Below, piece after piece: positions 62,648 through 64,000 of a stretch of 64,000 nucleotides of DNA. Where the stretch lies: the NCBI GenBank assembly GCA_963693365.1, contig CAVNZM010000011.1:7801937-7865936 (forward strand), read 5' to 3'. Numbering within the stretch: the first letter of the stretch is position 1; the number at the start of each line of letters is the position of its first letter. Made by a program: the position numbers and the translations under genes. This DNA comes from Amoebidium appalachense. Taxonomy: Eukaryota > Protista > Ichthyosporea. Below the pieces are notes generated by a model. That model saw only the letters and a program-made list of their open reading frames with translations, was not told the DNA's origin and did not search any database.

Positions 62648-63200
62648 AATATTGATGGCCACAGGCTTGTCCGTCCATTGGGAACAGAATGTGCCGGACA
62701 AATGCGGCGGAGCTCCGCAGCCAAGGGTGGTGAATTCTTGAGAAGACCACCAGCGGGCGAAGACAAAAACGGGAGCAGCACAGGAGACACGTACTGCAAC
62801 AAGTCGACCGTGGCCCCTACCTACCCCAGGGGTTGGAAGAGCGGCATTGGCAGCTGTAAGGGGCAAACAACCTGTAAGGACAGGATATGGCGAGGGGAGT
62901 GCGGCCAAGAGGCTACTCGTTGGCTGAGCATCATAGACACCCGTGCGTATAGCGTCATGGCTTGCCCTCAGGAAAAAGGTCCAGAAGCCTTGGTGGTGAC
63001 TATTCACCGACCGAGGCGGAAAATAGAAAGGGCCACCTGCCCACAACTCATTGAGGGAGCAAATACAGCGGTTAGCCAGCGTGACAGCAGACAAGTCGGC
63101 GAGACAAACACTGCCGACGGCGCTGGCTGCCAAGGGGGCCGGCTGCTGGGTCGCGACGAGTAGGGAGAGGAATGGGTGGGATGGGGAAAAAATCAGAGGC
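62648..63200 (-). pseudogene. Probable relic of a DIRS/TATE-like (tyrosine-recombinase class) retrotransposon, region just upstream of the RT core
   Basis: Minus-strand translation ICSLNELWAG..SSLLAALPSPY..LPLTAANAALPTPGVG, then after a GTAG duplication ATVDLLQYVSP..., ending WTDKPVAIN. From recall, this resembles the pre-RT segment of protist DIRS-like pol. It is truncated before the catalytic motifs. Confidence 0.45.
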
Positions 63201-64000
63201 GGCAAGGGACAGACGTGGCATAGAACGAGCTTCCATTGAAATTACTAGGGCCATAACCAACGACAACAAAAGGCACGGGCGGAAGCACTGCAAACAGAAA
63301 GACAAAGGGCCGTGCGCAGGCCCCAACCAAGCTACTTAAGCTGGAGGGTCCGTGGCCCGCGGGGGGCCAGGACCAAGACAAGATGCCCGCGATAATGGGC
63401 GGGTAGGCGAGCGACCCACGGGTGGAGGACGAAACAGCGCCACCAAGGCATCGCGGAAAGAAAGGGAACGGCATGGTGGCGGCAGGGCTACGCCAGAGGC
63501 TTGGGTGGCGCAACGCAAAAAGGGCACCAAAGATGAAAAAAACAAGTGGTGGTAGGGCACAACCGTAGGTCGAAAGGGCATAAAATAAAACACGGCCACT
63601 CAGTGAAGGTGTGTAGGCAGGCGCGGCCACTGTATTGCAAAAACTTGATCACAGACAGTAGCCTAAAAAGGCACTACTAAACCGTTAATGGGCAGCCTAA
63701 AGATGCCTGACCTACACTATGCTAATGAGCACAGCAACTTAGACGCACACAGCAGCCGAAAAGGCTCCAAGCCAAAGCATCGACATGCAAAAACTATTGC
63801 GGGCTGGATCACCTCATGACTATGATCCAACCAAAACGTCTACATATGTAGGAACACATTCCTCTACATACTTTCACCAATAAACACCTAAACCTACCAA
63901 TGTATAGACCAGCATATGTACATCACCAAATTTTCACAACCACTATCACCTACAGTGTATATCTCGCACACAGAGTCCTGTTACTCTGTATCCGGTGCTG

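Noticed and set aside
62678-63163. 161-aa plus-strand ORF as a gene
   Set aside because: It has no recognisable motif or splice context and is better explained as the antisense of the minus-strand retroelement-like relic.

Overview
Eukaryotic, very intron-rich, GC-rich nuclear DNA, so the unspliced ORF track is mostly microsatellite noise. The gene set and splice signals suggest an opisthokont protist or animal relative, but this is inference only. Manual splicing recovers six genes: a secernin (C69 peptidase; minus, 3' part outside the window) head-to-head with FRG1 (+, 9 exons), a single-C2H2 zinc-finger gene (minus), a REM+CDC25 RasGEF (minus) divergent from RPS3 (+, 5 exons), and a 26-kb SMG1 PIKK kinase gene (+, about 70 exons). 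Introns show a distinctive code: a CTRAY-like branch point (mostly GCTGAC), usually followed by a short G/T-rich rather than polypyrimidine spacer and then YAG. Intronic poly-G and (GT)n tracts follow the transcribed strand, and several minisatellites are amplified copies of the branch-point region. The apparently intergenic 11-20 kb stretch has minus-strand composition and a chain of candidate 3-48 nt micro-exons that may lead into the zinc-finger exon (speculative). Mobile DNA: five MITE-like elements with TIRs and TSDs (TA, TTAA, 4-bp twice, 8-bp) plus one without a clear TSD, two degenerate non-LTR retrotransposons, a probable DIRS/TATE-like relic, and a nested insertion (LINE inside a hAT-like MITE inside a 37-bp satellite). 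I found no rRNA, tRNA or CRISPR array. Exon coordinates were derived by hand, and homopolymer lengths may be assembly-inflated.
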